Shown: positions 1 to 11,625, numbered from the stretch's first letter. The stretch is DNA of 64,000 nt from Methylococcus sp. (GCA_028688525.1 JAQTYA010000002.1:21930-85929), one strand, 5' to 3'. Notes: generated by a model from the sequence alone, not told the origin. Made by a program: numbers and translations.

Positions 1-296
1 CGGGCATCAATGCGGGCGACTTGGGGGGTCATATCGGCGCGAACGCCGAGCAATCGCCCGCTGGCCTGATCGATCAGCTTGAAGGTCTGAATGTCGAGAT
101 CGTGACCGGCGCCCGTGAGCAGCGAATCGATGAATTCGATCAGGGGCGGCATCACCAGCCGGTAACCCCAGGCAGCGAAACGGTCGAGCACCCGCCGACG
201 CAGCAGTTCTAACCGCTCGGCCTCATCAGGCAGCAATTCTTCGATGCCTTCCGGCAACAGCCAACGGTCACCGGCTGGATATGAAAAAGGAAACAT
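1..296 (-). CDS. hisZ: ATP phosphoribosyltransferase regulatory subunit, 5' part (runs off the window)
   Basis: Not in the ORF track. Hand translation from ATG 296: [30 protein letters not shown]...[13 protein letters not shown]...[27 protein letters not shown], a HisZ N-terminus; usual position downstream of hflC. Confidence 0.9.
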   Translation of the reverse strand, partial: MFPFSYPAGDRWLLPEGIEELLPDEAERLELLRRRVLDRFAAWGYRLVMPPLIEFIDSLLTGAGHDLDIQTFKLIDQASGRLLGVRADMTPQVARIDA

Positions 297-391
297 ACGG
301 ATTCAATCGGATTCGGACGCAAGCGGGCAGCGCTCAGGCCCGCTGTTGGGCGAAAGACGTCAGTTGCGGATTATAACGGAGGAATGGACCG

Positions 392-419
392 GTGTGCCCG
401 CCTGCAGCCACGGGCACAC
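392..419. terminator. GC-rich hairpin just downstream of hflC
   Basis: GTGTGCCCG-N10-CGGGCACAC inverted repeat; no U-tract, so function uncertain. Confidence 0.35.
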
Positions 420-426
420 GGTGAAG

Positions 427-1290
427 TTACTTGCCGGTGGATTTCTTGAAGTACCTGAAGAACTCGGAATCCGGCTCGAGCACGAGGGTGTCGTCCTCGC
501 GAATCGCACTGCGGTATGCCGACAGACTGCGGTAAAGGCCGAAGAATTCCTTATCCTTGCCATAAGCCTGGGCATAAATATCGGCGGCCGCCGCGTCCCC
601 CTCACCCCGCTTGATTTCGGAATCGCGGTAGGCATCGGCCAGGATCACTTCTCGCTGACGGTCAGCATCGGCACGAATCCGCTCCGCCGCTTCGGCGCCG
701 CGCGAACGGAAGTCGCGCGCTACACGGGCCCTCTCGGCCTCCATGCGCCGGTATACCGAGGAACTGACCTCGCTGGGCAGATCGATGCGCATCACCCGGA
801 CATCCACGATCTGGATGCCGAGTTGCTCCGCCACCGGGCTCGCGGCGCTGCTGAGCACATCCCGAATCTGCGAGCGCTCGGAAGACACCAGCTCTCGGAT
901 GGTGCGTTTGCTGAATTCGCTGCGCATCGCGTCCTTGACGATCTGGTCTAAGCGGATATTCGCTTGGACCACATCCCCGGCCACGGTCGTGTAATATTTT
1001 GCAACGTCCTTCACCCGCCATTTGACGAACGAGTCGACGATGACGTTCTTTTTCTCGGAGGTCAGGAAACGCTCGGGTTTGGACTCCAGGGTCAGAATCC
1101 GCCCGTCGAATTTCTTTACGTTATTAATGAACGGTACCTGGAAATAAATTCCCGGCGCGTAGTCCGACTCCACGATTTCGCCCAGCCGGAACCTGATCAC
1201 CTTCTGAGTTTCGGAGACAGTGAACATCGACAGCGACGCGAATATAGCCGCCGCGCCCGCCACTGCGACGATCGTCTTAGTCTGTGCCAT
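427..1290 (-). CDS. hflC: FtsH protease modulator HflC
   Basis: SPFH domain, FLTSEKKNVIVDSFVKWR motif, N-terminal TM; ATG overlaps hflK stop (TGATG). Confidence 0.95.
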   Translation of the reverse strand: MAQTKTIVAVAGAAAIFASLSMFTVSETQKVIRFRLGEIVESDYAPGIYFQVPFINNVKKFDGRILTLESKPERFLTSEKKNVIVDSFVKWRVKDVAKYYTTVAGDVVQANIRLDQIVKDAMRSEFSKRTIRELVSSERSQIRDVLSSAASPVAEQLGIQIVDVRVMRIDLPSEVSSSVYRRMEAERARVARDFRSRGAEAAERIRADADRQREVILADAYRDSEIKRGEGDAAAADIYAQAYGKDKEFFGLYRSLSAYRSAIREDDTLVLEPDSEFFRYFKKSTGK

Positions 1291-2510
1291 CACTGCCCCC
1301 TCCCGTCTCTGCCGCGGCTCGACACGCGACCGCCGCCGGATTTGGCTCCACCGTCCTGGCTATCGATCTGCGCCGGGATGGATACGCTGCCAACCTCGGG
1401 TTCTGAGGCCGTAACATCAGCCGCACCTCGTCCCGATCTGATCTTATCCAGCGGCAGGTAGATCACGTTATTCCCGTTCTTCACATCCAGCATCAAAGTA
1501 TTGGCGCGCTCCATGACTTCCTGCATCGACTCGATGTAAAGACGCTCGCGCATTACGTCAGGCGCCTTCTCATATTCCTCTAGCAGGCGCTCGAACCGGC
1601 CGGCTTCACCACTAGCCTTGGCGATCACCTTTTCCTTGTAGCCTTCGGACTCCTGGGTCAGACGTGAAGCGGCACCGCGCGCCTTAGGCACGACTTCGTT
1701 CGCATAAGCCTCGGCTTCGTTCTTCAGCCGCTGCTCGTCCTCTCGCGCCTTGATGGCGTCCTCGAACGAGGCCTGAACGTCCTCCGGCGGCTGGGCATCG
1801 ACCAGATTGACCGTGATCACCCGAATGCCGGCATGATACTGATCGAGCATTTCCTGAATCTCCGACTTGATGTCGGCTGCTACGCCGCTACGGCCTTCCG
1901 TCAGCACAAAATCCATGGTGCTGTTGCCGATGACCGAACGTTCGGCGCTCTCGGTCACCTGCTTCAAGGTGCCCTCGGGATCCAATACATTGAACAGATA
2001 TTCCTTCGCGTCCTTGATCTGGTATTGCACGGCGAGACGAACGTCGACGATGTTTTCGTCTTTCGTCAGCATCAGGGCTTCGCGCGGCACCGACCCGAGC
2101 GATCCAACGGCCTGCTGGCGCCCGCCAGAACGGTAGCCGACTTCGACGAAGCGCTGCTGTTCGACGTTGACCACCGTGACCGCTTCGACCGGCACCGGCC
2201 AATGCCAGTGCGGTCCGGGCTGAGTCGTTTCGACGTACTTGCCGAAACGCGTCACGACGCCCCGGCTGCCTTCGTCGACGATGTAGATGCCGGTCAGTCC
2301 CCACACCGCCACAGCCGCGGCACCGACCATACCGGCCAGCCTGCCGGTATTCCCGTTGCCGCCGCCAGCAGGTCCCGGCTTCCGCCCGAACAGCTTATTG
2401 ACGCGCTCCTGCAGATTGCGCAACACCTCGTCCAGATCTGGAGGGGTATCCTGCTGGTCGCGCCCGCTCCACGGGTCTTTTTTTCCGCCGCCCGGTTCAT
2501 TCCAAGCCAT
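1290..2510 (-). CDS. hflK: FtsH protease modulator HflK
   Basis: MAWNEPGG...DPW...PPDLDE N-terminus, SPFH domain; start set at MAWNEP. Confidence 0.95.
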   Translation of the reverse strand: MAWNEPGGGKKDPWSGRDQQDTPPDLDEVLRNLQERVNKLFGRKPGPAGGGNGNTGRLAGMVGAAAVAVWGLTGIYIVDEGSRGVVTRFGKYVETTQPGPHWHWPVPVEAVTVVNVEQQRFVEVGYRSGGRQQAVGSLGSVPREALMLTKDENIVDVRLAVQYQIKDAKEYLFNVLDPEGTLKQVTESAERSVIGNSTMDFVLTEGRSGVAADIKSEIQEMLDQYHAGIRVITVNLVDAQPPEDVQASFEDAIKAREDEQRLKNEAEAYANEVVPKARGAASRLTQESEGYKEKVIAKASGEAGRFERLLEEYEKAPDVMRERLYIESMQEVMERANTLMLDVKNGNNVIYLPLDKIRSGRGAADVTASEPEVGSVSIPAQIDSQDGGAKSGGGRVSSRGRDGRGQ

Positions 2511-2591
2511 GTGAACACTCCTGTGACGATCTATAGCCATGTTTTACGAGTTGCGCCATTGCTTGGATTATCCCGGAAATCCTTCGAACAT

Positions 2592-3887
2592 TCAAAAATC
2601 CTGAGCGGAATCGTCAGCCTCGGCATGTGGATTTTCGTCGCCGATAGCACGCCGCAACCCGTTCGCTTTCGCCGGAAACTCCACGCACAGCGTCCAGCCG
2701 CCTTCGCCGTCCGGCGTATCCGACAGCACCCGGGCTTCGCGAAACAGCCTGGCCCGGAGCTCGCCCTGCTCAGCAGACAGGCTCAAGGTGCGTCGCTCGA
2801 CGCCGCCTCCCAGAGCTTCTTCCAGCAAACCCGTCAACAGATCCAGTCCAGCTCCGGTGCGCGCCGACACCCAGACTCGGATGGGTCTCCCCGCCTCGTC
2901 GCGCTCGATATGCGGCACCGCCCCGTCCAAGCAATCGATTTTGTTGTAAACCTCGATACAGGGAATCTGGTCGGCGCCGATCTCCGCCAGCACCAGGCGA
3001 ACTTCGGCCATGGTTTCGTCCATGCGCTCGTCGTTGGCATCGATGACGTGCAGCAAAAGGTCGGCTTCGGCTGACTCCTGGAGGGTAGAGCGGAACGCAG
3101 CCACCAGCTCGTGCGGCAAATGGCGGATGAAGCCCACCGTATCGGCTAGCACTAGATTCAAACCGCCGGTTTCCAAACGCCGCAAGGTGGGATCCAGCGT
3201 TGCGAATAGCTGATCCGCGGAATAAACCTCGGCCTGGGTCAGAGCATTGAAGAGGGTCGATTTGCCGGCATTGGTATAGCCGACCAGTCCCACCACAGGA
3301 ACCTGCGCCCGGCGCCGAGCCACCCGGCCCTGATTGCGCTGCGACTCGACCTGCTTGAGACGTTTCTGGATCTGGCGAATGCGGTTGGCAAGCAGACGCT
3401 TATCGGTTTCGAGCTGAGTTTCGCCAGGCCCGCGCAGACCTATGCCGCCTTTCTGGCGTTCGAGATGGGTCCAGCCACGGACCAGCCGGGTGGAAAGGTG
3501 CTTGAGCTGGGCCAGCTCGACCTGAAGCCGGCCTTCGAAGGAACGGGCACGCTGGGCGAAGATATCCAGGATCAAACCGCTGCGGTCGACGACCCGGACC
3601 CCTAAAGCCTTCTCGAGGTTTCGCTCCTGGCTAGGCGTGAGCGCGTGGTTGAACAGCACCAATTCGGCTTCGTGTGCCGCCACGGTTTCAGCCAGCTCTT
3701 CGAGCTTGCCCTGGCCGATGTAATAGCGGGGATCGATCGCCCGCAGCCGCCCGGCGACAATCGCCACCGGCTCGGCGCCGGCCGACAGCGCGAGCAACCG
3801 GAGTTCGTCCAAATCCTCCTGATCCGGCCCAGCCTGGGGCACATGAACCAGAACCGCGCGCGATCCGCTGCCGGGCCTATCGAACAA
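2592..3887 (-). CDS. hflX: Ribosome rescue GTPase HflX
   Basis: GLRGPGETQLETD, GYTNAGKS, DTVG, NKID motifs; between hfq and hflK. Confidence 0.96.
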   Translation of the reverse strand: MFDRPGSGSRAVLVHVPQAGPDQEDLDELRLLALSAGAEPVAIVAGRLRAIDPRYYIGQGKLEELAETVAAHEAELVLFNHALTPSQERNLEKALGVRVVDRSGLILDIFAQRARSFEGRLQVELAQLKHLSTRLVRGWTHLERQKGGIGLRGPGETQLETDKRLLANRIRQIQKRLKQVESQRNQGRVARRRAQVPVVGLVGYTNAGKSTLFNALTQAEVYSADQLFATLDPTLRRLETGGLNLVLADTVGFIRHLPHELVAAFRSTLQESAEADLLLHVIDANDERMDETMAEVRLVLAEIGADQIPCIEVYNKIDCLDGAVPHIERDEAGRPIRVWVSARTGAGLDLLTGLLEEALGGGVERRTLSLSAEQGELRARLFREARVLSDTPDGEGGWTLCVEFPAKANGLRRAIGDENPHAEADDSAQDF

Positions 3888-3934
3888 CTAATTCTCTCAC
3901 GCCCGCGGCAGATTTTCCGATACGGCCTGCGCCT

Positions 3935-4183
3935 TCATTCAGCATCTTCTTCCGCGCCGTCTCCGGCATGCGGCACGCGCACCGGGCGCCCGGGCACGAT
4001 CGTCGAAATCGCGTGCTTATAAACCATCTGGCTGACCGTGTTCTTCAACATGATCACGTACTGGTCGAATGAATCCACCTTTCCTTGCAGCTTGATTCCA
4101 TTGACGAGATAGATCGACACCGGAACGTGCTCTTTCCGGAGCGTATTGAGGAACGGATCTTGTAGATTTTGGCCCTTCGACAT
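3935..4183 (-). CDS. hfq: RNA chaperone Hfq
   Basis: [13 protein letters not shown]...[10 protein letters not shown]...[11 protein letters not shown]. Confidence 0.98.
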   Translation of the reverse strand: MSKGQNLQDPFLNTLRKEHVPVSIYLVNGIKLQGKVDSFDQYVIMLKNTVSQMVYKHAISTIVPGRPVRVPHAGDGAEEDAE

Positions 4184-4453
4184 CGTATTTCTCCTTGTTG
4201 TTTTTGGATTGGATTACCTTCCCATCCAAGATTCGAAACAAATTAACAGAATTGCACCGGCTTAGCCATCCGCACGATGTTGAGACAAACCGTTTGCAAT
4301 TCAAGCCTCCGCGCAGAAATTTAATGGCCATTCGAGAGCCGATCCGCTTTGCCGCCACCGAGCCGGTTCGTGCCCCCAACTTTTACAATTCCCTGCCAAA
4401 ACAGCCCCGGCCCGATGGTTTACAATGCGCGGCCCGATGCAAACGAGAGCCTT

Positions 4454-5484
4454 ATGAATCCAGTTCCGCCCCTTCGCTGCGTGATGTTCGACCTGGCCGG
4501 AACCTCGGTATCGGCCGAAGAGCGCGAATTCCTGCGCCACCCGGCAGCCGGGGGGCTGATCCTGTTCAGCCGCAACTACGAATCGCCAGCCCAGCTGACT
4601 GAACTGGTCGCGGCAGTCCGTGCCCTTAGGCAGGACATCCTGATCGCCGTAGATCATGAAGGCGGCAGAGTCCAGCGCTTCCGCGACGGCTTTACCCGGT
4701 TGCCCGCGGCGGCGGCTTACCTGGCCACGGGAGGGGAAAACGCCTTGCGGCTGGCGGAAGCCGCCGGCTGGCTGATGGCGGCCGAACTGAGGTCGGTCGG
4801 TATCGATTTCAGCTTCGCCCCAGTGCTGGACGTCGACAGCGGCATCAGCGCCATCATCGGGGACCGCGCCTTCGCCCGCGATCCGGAACAAGTCATCGCC
4901 GCGGCACGCGCCTTCGCCGCCGGCATGCGCCGAGCCGGCATGGCGGCGGTGGGCAAGCACTTCCCCGGACATGGCGGAGTCGCCGCCGATTCGCACCTCA
5001 CCCTGCCGGAAGACCGGCGCGAACTGGAAGAATTGCTCGCCCGCGATCTGCTGCCCTTCTCTGCCCTTATCCGCGAAGACCTGGAAGCGATCATGCCCGC
5101 CCATGTGCTGTATTCCCGTATCGACGCGCAGACGCCCTGCTTTTCCCATTTTTGGCTGCAAACCATCCTGCGCGAACGCATGAACTTCGACGGCGCGATC
5201 TTCTCCGACGATCTATCCATGGAAGGCGCCGCGGCCGCAGGCGACTATGCGACTCGTGCCCAGGCGGCGCTGAAAGCCGGCTGCGACATGCTGGTCATCT
5301 GCAATACACCCGGCGCAACCGCGGCGATCCTGCAAGCCATGGAAAACCGCCTCGCCTCCGCCGGCAGCACCCGCCGGCTGGCGGCTATGCGAGGCCGCTT
5401 CCCTCTCGACCGCGACAGCCTGCTGGCAAGCGCCGACTGGCGCGCCGCAACCGACCACTTACAAGCTCTTGCCGGCCACTCAGC

Positions 5485-5488
<4 letters not shown>
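4454..5488 (+). CDS. nagZ: Beta-N-acetylhexosaminidase (GH3)
   Basis: AVDHEGGRVQRFR, KHFPGHG..DSH, SDDLSM motifs; start set at MNPVPP. Confidence 0.95.
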
Positions 5489-6784
<1,296 letters not shown>

Positions 6785-6789
6785 CACGG

Positions 6790-7236
6790 TCAGCCGCAAC
6801 CCCCGACTGCCACCTTGACCTGCTTGCGGCTCCAGTAGATACGCCCCCCGGCTTCAGCCAATGCGACCACTGGGCTGCTCTCATTCATTTTGATCCGGAA
6901 CGAAACCGAAGCTAACGCGCCGTCCAGGAACTCGAAGGAGGCCGCCAACGGCCGGGGATTGCGCACCACCAGAAGATGCAGCGCAGTCGTGCGCTCGAGA
7001 CGGCTGTCCAGCGCTACCGGCACGATGGCGCCGTTCTCCGCACTGTCGGGGACATCCAGCGCTAGCAAACCGGTTTCTTCCGGCTTGCGGCCGCCGGTGA
7101 TCGTACGCAAGGCGGCATCATAGGACGCCGAATCCGCTGCCCCCCCGAAAGCAGCGGGGCTACCGGACAGCCGCAATACCGCGATGCCTTTCACGACGGA
7201 GAGAAGGAAACGGCGGCGGGAGAAGTAAATGCTCAT
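6790..7236 (-). CDS. soxY: SoxY-family sulfur carrier protein with Tat-like signal
   Basis: SRRRFLL twin-arginine-like motif, P..AENGA.VPV, NPRP, RIKM, C-terminal swinging arm VAVGGCG. Confidence 0.88.
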   Translation of the reverse strand: MSIYFSRRRFLLSVVKGIAVLRLSGSPAAFGGAADSASYDAALRTITGGRKPEETGLLALDVPDSAENGAIVPVALDSRLERTTALHLLVVRNPRPLAASFEFLDGALASVSFRIKMNESSPVVALAEAGGRIYWSRKQVKVAVGGCG

Positions 7237-7311
7237 GTGGAAAGGCTGGGCTTGTCGGTGCCGCAGCTTATCGCTACTCTGACTCCAGGCCAAGATCCCG
7301 CTGCACGCCGC

Positions 7312-7614
7312 ATGAAAATCCGCACCAAGACCGCCGACGGCATCACTACCGTCCGCCTGCTGATCGCCCATCCGATGGAAACCGGCCGCCGCCGGGACGA
7401 GGCCTCCGGCGCAGTCGTTCCGGCCCACTACATCGAGGCCCTAACCGTCGAGCACGAAGGCAAACCCGTAGTGCGCTGCCGCCTCAGCACCGCAGTGTCC
7501 AAAGACCCCTACTTTTCCCTGCAATTCCGCGGCGGCCGGACGGGGGAGCGCATCCGGGTGAGCTGGACCGACAATCTCGGAAAAACCGAATCTCAGGACG
7601 CCGTCATTGAGTAA
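7312..7614 (+). CDS. soxZ: SoxZ-family sulfur carrier partner
   Basis: LIAHPMETGRRRD, PAHYI, VSKDPY, WTDNLG motifs. Confidence 0.88.
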   Translation: MKIRTKTADGITTVRLLIAHPMETGRRRDEASGAVVPAHYIEALTVEHEGKPVVRCRLSTAVSKDPYFSLQFRGGRTGERIRVSWTDNLGKTESQDAVIE

Positions 7615-9195
7615 TCACAGCTCGCGGGTCGCGCTGAAGCGGATGTCCGGCCAACGCTCCTCTGTAAGCGACAAGTTCACCCGGCTGGTAGCGAGATAGA
7701 CCAGATAGCCGCTGCCGTCCTCGGCCAGGTTGTCGTGGACCTTGCGCCGGAATTCCTCGAGCTTCTTTGGATCGCCGCACGTCACCCAGCGCGCCGTGGT
7801 CACCGGCACCGCGTCGTAGACGCAGTCCACGTTGTATTCGGACTTGAGCCGGAACGCAGTCACGTCGAACTGCAGCACGCCCACCGCGCCGAGGATCAGG
7901 TCGTTGTTGCGCAACGGCTTGAACAACTGGGTCGCGCCCTCCTCGCTCAGCTGCTGCAGGCCGCGCTGCAAGGCCTTGGAGCGCAGCGGGTCCTTCAGCA
8001 CCACGCGGCGGAACAGCTCCGGCGCGAAGTACGGGATACCCTCGAACTTCAGGTTCTCGCCCTGGCTGAAAGTGTCGCCGACCTGGATGGTGCCGTGGTT
8101 GTGCAAGCCGATGATGTCGCCGGGATAGGCCTCCTCCACGTTCTCGCGGCTGTCGGCCTGGAAGGTGATGGCGTTCGCCACTTGCATGGCCTTGCCCGAG
8201 CGCACATGGTACAGCTTCATGCCCTTGGTGTACTGGCCGGAGCACACGCGCAGGAAGGCGATGCGGTCGCGGTGGGCCGGGTCCATGTTCGCCTGGATCT
8301 TGAACACGAAACCGGAAAACTTATCCTCTTCCGGCCCGACGGCGCGTTCGCGGGTCTGGCGCGCATGCGGCGGCGGCGCATACTCGGCGAAGGCATCCAG
8401 CAGTTCGAGGATGCCGAAGTTGTTGATCGCCGAACCGAAGAACACCGGCGTCTGGCGCCCGGCGCGATAGGCTTCCAGATCAAACTCGTGGCTGGCGCCG
8501 CGCACCAGTTCGATCTCCATGCGCAACTCGTCCGCCATATCGCCTAGCAGCTCGTCCAGCTTCGGACTGTTCAAGCCCTCGATGACCTCGCCCTTGACGA
8601 TGCGATCGCCGTGCGAGGCGCTGAACAAATGGATCGCATCCTCGTACAAGTGGTAAACGCCCTTGAAGCGCTTGCCCATGCCTATCGGCCAGGTGATCGG
8701 CGCACACTGGATGTTGAGGATACGCTCGACCTCATCGAGCAACTCCACCGGCTCCCGGCCTTCGCGGTCCAGCTTGTTGATGAAGGTGAGGATGGGCGTG
8801 TCGCGCAACCGGCACACCTCCATCAGCTTGATGGTGCGCTCCTCCACGCCCTTCGCGCTGTCGATCACCATCAAGGCGGAATCGACCGCCGTCAGGGTGC
8901 GGTAGGTGTCCTCGGAGAAGTCCTCGTGGCCCGGCGTGTCGAGCAGGTTGAAGATGCGGTCGCGGTGCTCGAACTGCATCACGGAGGTCGTGACCGAGAT
9001 ACCGCGCTGCTTCTCCATCTCCATCCAGTCCGAAGTCGCATGCCGCGCCGCCTTGCGGCCCTTGACCGAACCCGCCAGCTGGATCGCGCCGCCGAACAGC
9101 AGCAGCTTCTCGGTCAGCGTGGTCTTGCCGGCGTCGGGGTGGGAGATGATGGCGAAAGTTCGCCGCCGCTCGATTTCGAATTCAAGTTCGGACAT
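7615..9195 (-). CDS. prfC: Peptide chain release factor 3
   Basis: [35 protein letters not shown]; start at MSELEF. Confidence 0.97.
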   Translation of the reverse strand: MSELEFEIERRRTFAIISHPDAGKTTLTEKLLLFGGAIQLAGSVKGRKAARHATSDWMEMEKQRGISVTTSVMQFEHRDRIFNLLDTPGHEDFSEDTYRTLTAVDSALMVIDSAKGVEERTIKLMEVCRLRDTPILTFINKLDREGREPVELLDEVERILNIQCAPITWPIGMGKRFKGVYHLYEDAIHLFSASHGDRIVKGEVIEGLNSPKLDELLGDMADELRMEIELVRGASHEFDLEAYRAGRQTPVFFGSAINNFGILELLDAFAEYAPPPHARQTRERAVGPEEDKFSGFVFKIQANMDPAHRDRIAFLRVCSGQYTKGMKLYHVRSGKAMQVANAITFQADSRENVEEAYPGDIIGLHNHGTIQVGDTFSQGENLKFEGIPYFAPELFRRVVLKDPLRSKALQRGLQQLSEEGATQLFKPLRNNDLILGAVGVLQFDVTAFRLKSEYNVDCVYDAVPVTTARWVTCGDPKKLEEFRRKVHDNLAEDGSGYLVYLATSRVNLSLTEERWPDIRFSATREL

Positions 9196-9325
9196 GGGCT
9201 CCACAGAGGGAAATGATCGCGGAACCCGGTATTTTAAGTTAAATGGCCGACACTTAGCGCGCTTTATCGCCGAGCTATCGCCCTCTTGCCTATAATCACC
9301 CTCCCGAAACCTGCGAGCCCGCCCA

Positions 9326-10078
9326 ATGGATGACAACCAGCTCCTACGCTACAGCCGCCAGATCATGCTGCCGGAAATCGACATCGACGGCCAGGCCCGG
9401 CTACTCGGCGCCAGCGCGCTCGTCGTCGGTCTGGGCGGACTCGGCTCGCCGGTCGCCATGTATCTGGCGGCGGCAGGCGTCGGACGCCTGATCGTCAGCG
9501 ATTTCGACACCGTCGACCTCACCAACCTCCAGCGCCAGATCGCCTTCGATACCGGCGACATCGGCCAGAGCAAGGCCGAAGCCTGCGCCGACAGGCTCCG
9601 CTCGATGAACCCGGACATCCGCGTCGATCCCCTGACCGAACGCCTCTCGCCCGCCGCCCTGCTCGAGTGGGCGGAGCGGGTCGACGTGGTGCTGGACTGC
9701 TCGGACAATTTCGAAACCCGCTTCGCCGTCAACGCCGCCTGCGTCGCCACCCGGACGCCCTTGGTTTCCGGCGCGGTCATCCGGTTCGAAGGCCAGCTCG
9801 CAGTTTTCACCTCCGGCGACGGCGAAAGCCCTTGCTACAACTGCCTCTACCCGCAGACCGGCGAACTCGAAGCCAACTGCGCCCGCAACGGCGTCATCGC
9901 CCCGCTCCCCGGCATCGTCGGCAGCCTGCAAGCTCTGGAAGCGATCAAGTTGCTGGCCGGACTGGGAAACGCCGACAAAACGCGCCTGCTGATCTTCGAT
10001 GCCCTGCGGCTGGAGTGGCACACCGTGAAACTGGCCAGAAATCCCCATTGCCCGACTTGCGGAAACGGCACGGTTTGA
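9326..10078 (+). CDS. moeB: MoeB/ThiF-family E1-like adenylyltransferase
   Basis: RYSRQI, GLGGLG, TNLQRQ, CYNC, C-terminal CPTC. moeB versus thiF cannot be resolved from sequence alone. Confidence 0.8.
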   Translation: MDDNQLLRYSRQIMLPEIDIDGQARLLGASALVVGLGGLGSPVAMYLAAAGVGRLIVSDFDTVDLTNLQRQIAFDTGDIGQSKAEACADRLRSMNPDIRVDPLTERLSPAALLEWAERVDVVLDCSDNFETRFAVNAACVATRTPLVSGAVIRFEGQLAVFTSGDGESPCYNCLYPQTGELEANCARNGVIAPLPGIVGSLQALEAIKLLAGLGNADKTRLLIFDALRLEWHTVKLARNPHCPTCGNGTV

Positions 10079-10192
10079 ACGCGATAAGGTGCGCATTCCT
10101 TATAGGTTGTGCCGAACAACGTGAGGCGCAACGGTCGCGAGCGATGCGCCTCCTTACGTCGGCAGCATCCTATCAGCGCACCTTATCGCGTT
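10078..10192. repeat. Nested REP-like palindrome between convergent genes
   Basis: Perfect 17-bp outer arms AACGCGATAAGGTGCGC (10078-10094) / GCGCACCTTATCGCGTT (10176-10192) enclosing an imperfect inner hairpin ATAGGTTGTGCCGA...GAGGCGCA / TGCGCCTC...TCGGCAGCATCCTAT. Confidence 0.75.
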
Positions 10193-10965
10193 GCATTATT
10201 CATTAGCGTGTTTAAATTTAGATGCTGAACTTTGGTGGCTAAAATGCAAGCAGCTGAAGAAGGCCAACCCCAAACAATTCCTGTAACTTGCGCCATTTCA
10301 GGACTCCATTTTTCACCTTTCTTATAGCATGCCACTCGCTTAGTATCCCAAACGAGCGAGCCACTAAAACCGTGAGGGTCGGGCAAATGCGATTTACCAT
10401 CTATGGAAGTTGCTAAATCTGGTGGGTAGAAAAGCGCAAAATGAAAATTCTGATCAGCCTTATCAATGTTAGTTGGGAAATCGCACTCTTGGGTAAGGTA
10501 TGGTGTACCTCTAGTTATTAGGTTCCCGAATAGGAATCGTGCTCTCTCGCCACTATAGCCAGCAAAAAACAGCAATTCGTGCTCTATTGGATCGTGCTTC
10601 GTTGCAAAACGACTCATAGGGATTGCTACCCCTGAATGCTCAACCATGCTCCAGCTCGACTCCGAAATACGGCTAATTGCGATATCAACAGGATGAGGCT
10701 CAGAAATAAACGGGTTGGTTAGCCTAAAAATATCTTCACACTGAAAATAACTGTGTGTTAATGAGTTGTTGGCAAGGTGTTTAGCAACGTGATAATTGGT
10801 TATTAATAACTTTTTCTGTTCGCTTTCAATGTACGCGCCTGAGCCTAAGTGCTCTCCCTCTTCATGCGACAATACGCGAGATATGGGGGACAAGCATGGT
10901 TGCAAGTGATCGATCATTTGTTTTGCGACATCAGCGCAAATTTTATTCCATTCATTTTGGTCCAT
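10183..10965 (-). CDS. Hypothetical trypsin-like serine protease, low GC, no signal peptide
   Basis: LGSG, ITNYHV (His), PVDIAI (Asp), GFSGSLVW (Ser), VTGIV motifs in trypsin-fold order; about 40-45% GC in sampled lines. Confidence 0.7.
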   Translation of the reverse strand: MDQNEWNKICADVAKQMIDHLQPCLSPISRVLSHEEGEHLGSGAYIESEQKKLLITNYHVAKHLANNSLTHSYFQCEDIFRLTNPFISEPHPVDIAISRISESSWSMVEHSGVAIPMSRFATKHDPIEHELLFFAGYSGERARFLFGNLITRGTPYLTQECDFPTNIDKADQNFHFALFYPPDLATSIDGKSHLPDPHGFSGSLVWDTKRVACYKKGEKWSPEMAQVTGIVWGWPSSAACILATKVQHLNLNTLMNNATR

Positions 10966-11061
10966 TTTATTCACAAAGTGATTATAGCTCGTTATTTGCC
11001 TAACTTGTTACTAGACAGAATCTGCAAAGTACATCCGCAATGCTTGACTTATGACGGTCAA

Positions 11062-11489
11062 TTACAACCACCGAAACCGATTCTCCTTCCATTCCCGCCC
11101 GTCGATCAAGCCCTGTTCGTAGTAGCCGCCCCAGTCGAAAACGAACGGGGTAAAGCGGTTGTCGGGGGTGTGCCAGACGATGAAGACGCAGATCACCAGC
11201 ACCACGCCGGCAATCATGTATTCCTCCGCGCTGCCGGTCTTGAGCGTGCCGCCGAGGCTGAAGGCCAGTCCGAGGTGGCGGAAATCCCAAACCAGGAAGA
11301 AGAACACGACGGCGGCGGCCCACAGCACCAGGTAATGGGTCACGGTGCGGTGGCGGACTTTTCGCACGGGGGTGATGAGCCATTCCAGCCAGTCCGGAGC
11401 GGTAGCGCCGAGCAGGGCGCCGGGGGCGAGGATGGGGTCAATCGTGGCGGTGATCGCGCCGGCATGAGGATGTGGTTTTGCCACTTCAC
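11062..11489 (-). pseudogene. YdjM-like membrane metal-dependent hydrolase pseudogene
   Basis: GTG 11489 gives KWQNHIL, then a 1-nt frameshift into AGAITATIDP...LLGATAPDWLE...HRTVTH...LIDGREWKENRFRWL; the second HxxxD segment appears deleted. Confidence 0.65.
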
Positions 11490-11596
11490 AGGGCTGCGCC
11501 GCGCCGCTGTCTGGCTTCCAAGCTAGAGATTGGGAGCCCTTGTCTTCGCGAGCGGCGCGCCTTGATCCACGCCACGCCACATCGGGAAAAACTCTG

Positions 11597-11625
11597 TTGC
11601 CTTGCACTGGGGCCGTACGTATACT
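11597..11625 (+). promoter_or_regulatory. Putative sigma70 promoter of the pqq operon
   Basis: TTGCCT-N17-TATACT about 70 bp upstream of pqqA. Confidence 0.55.

Noticed and set aside
6790-10078. MoeB-like enzyme activating SoxY as a ubiquitin-like carrier
   Set aside because: SoxY ends in GGCG rather than GG, appears Tat-exported, and prfC separates the genes; proximity is the only evidence.
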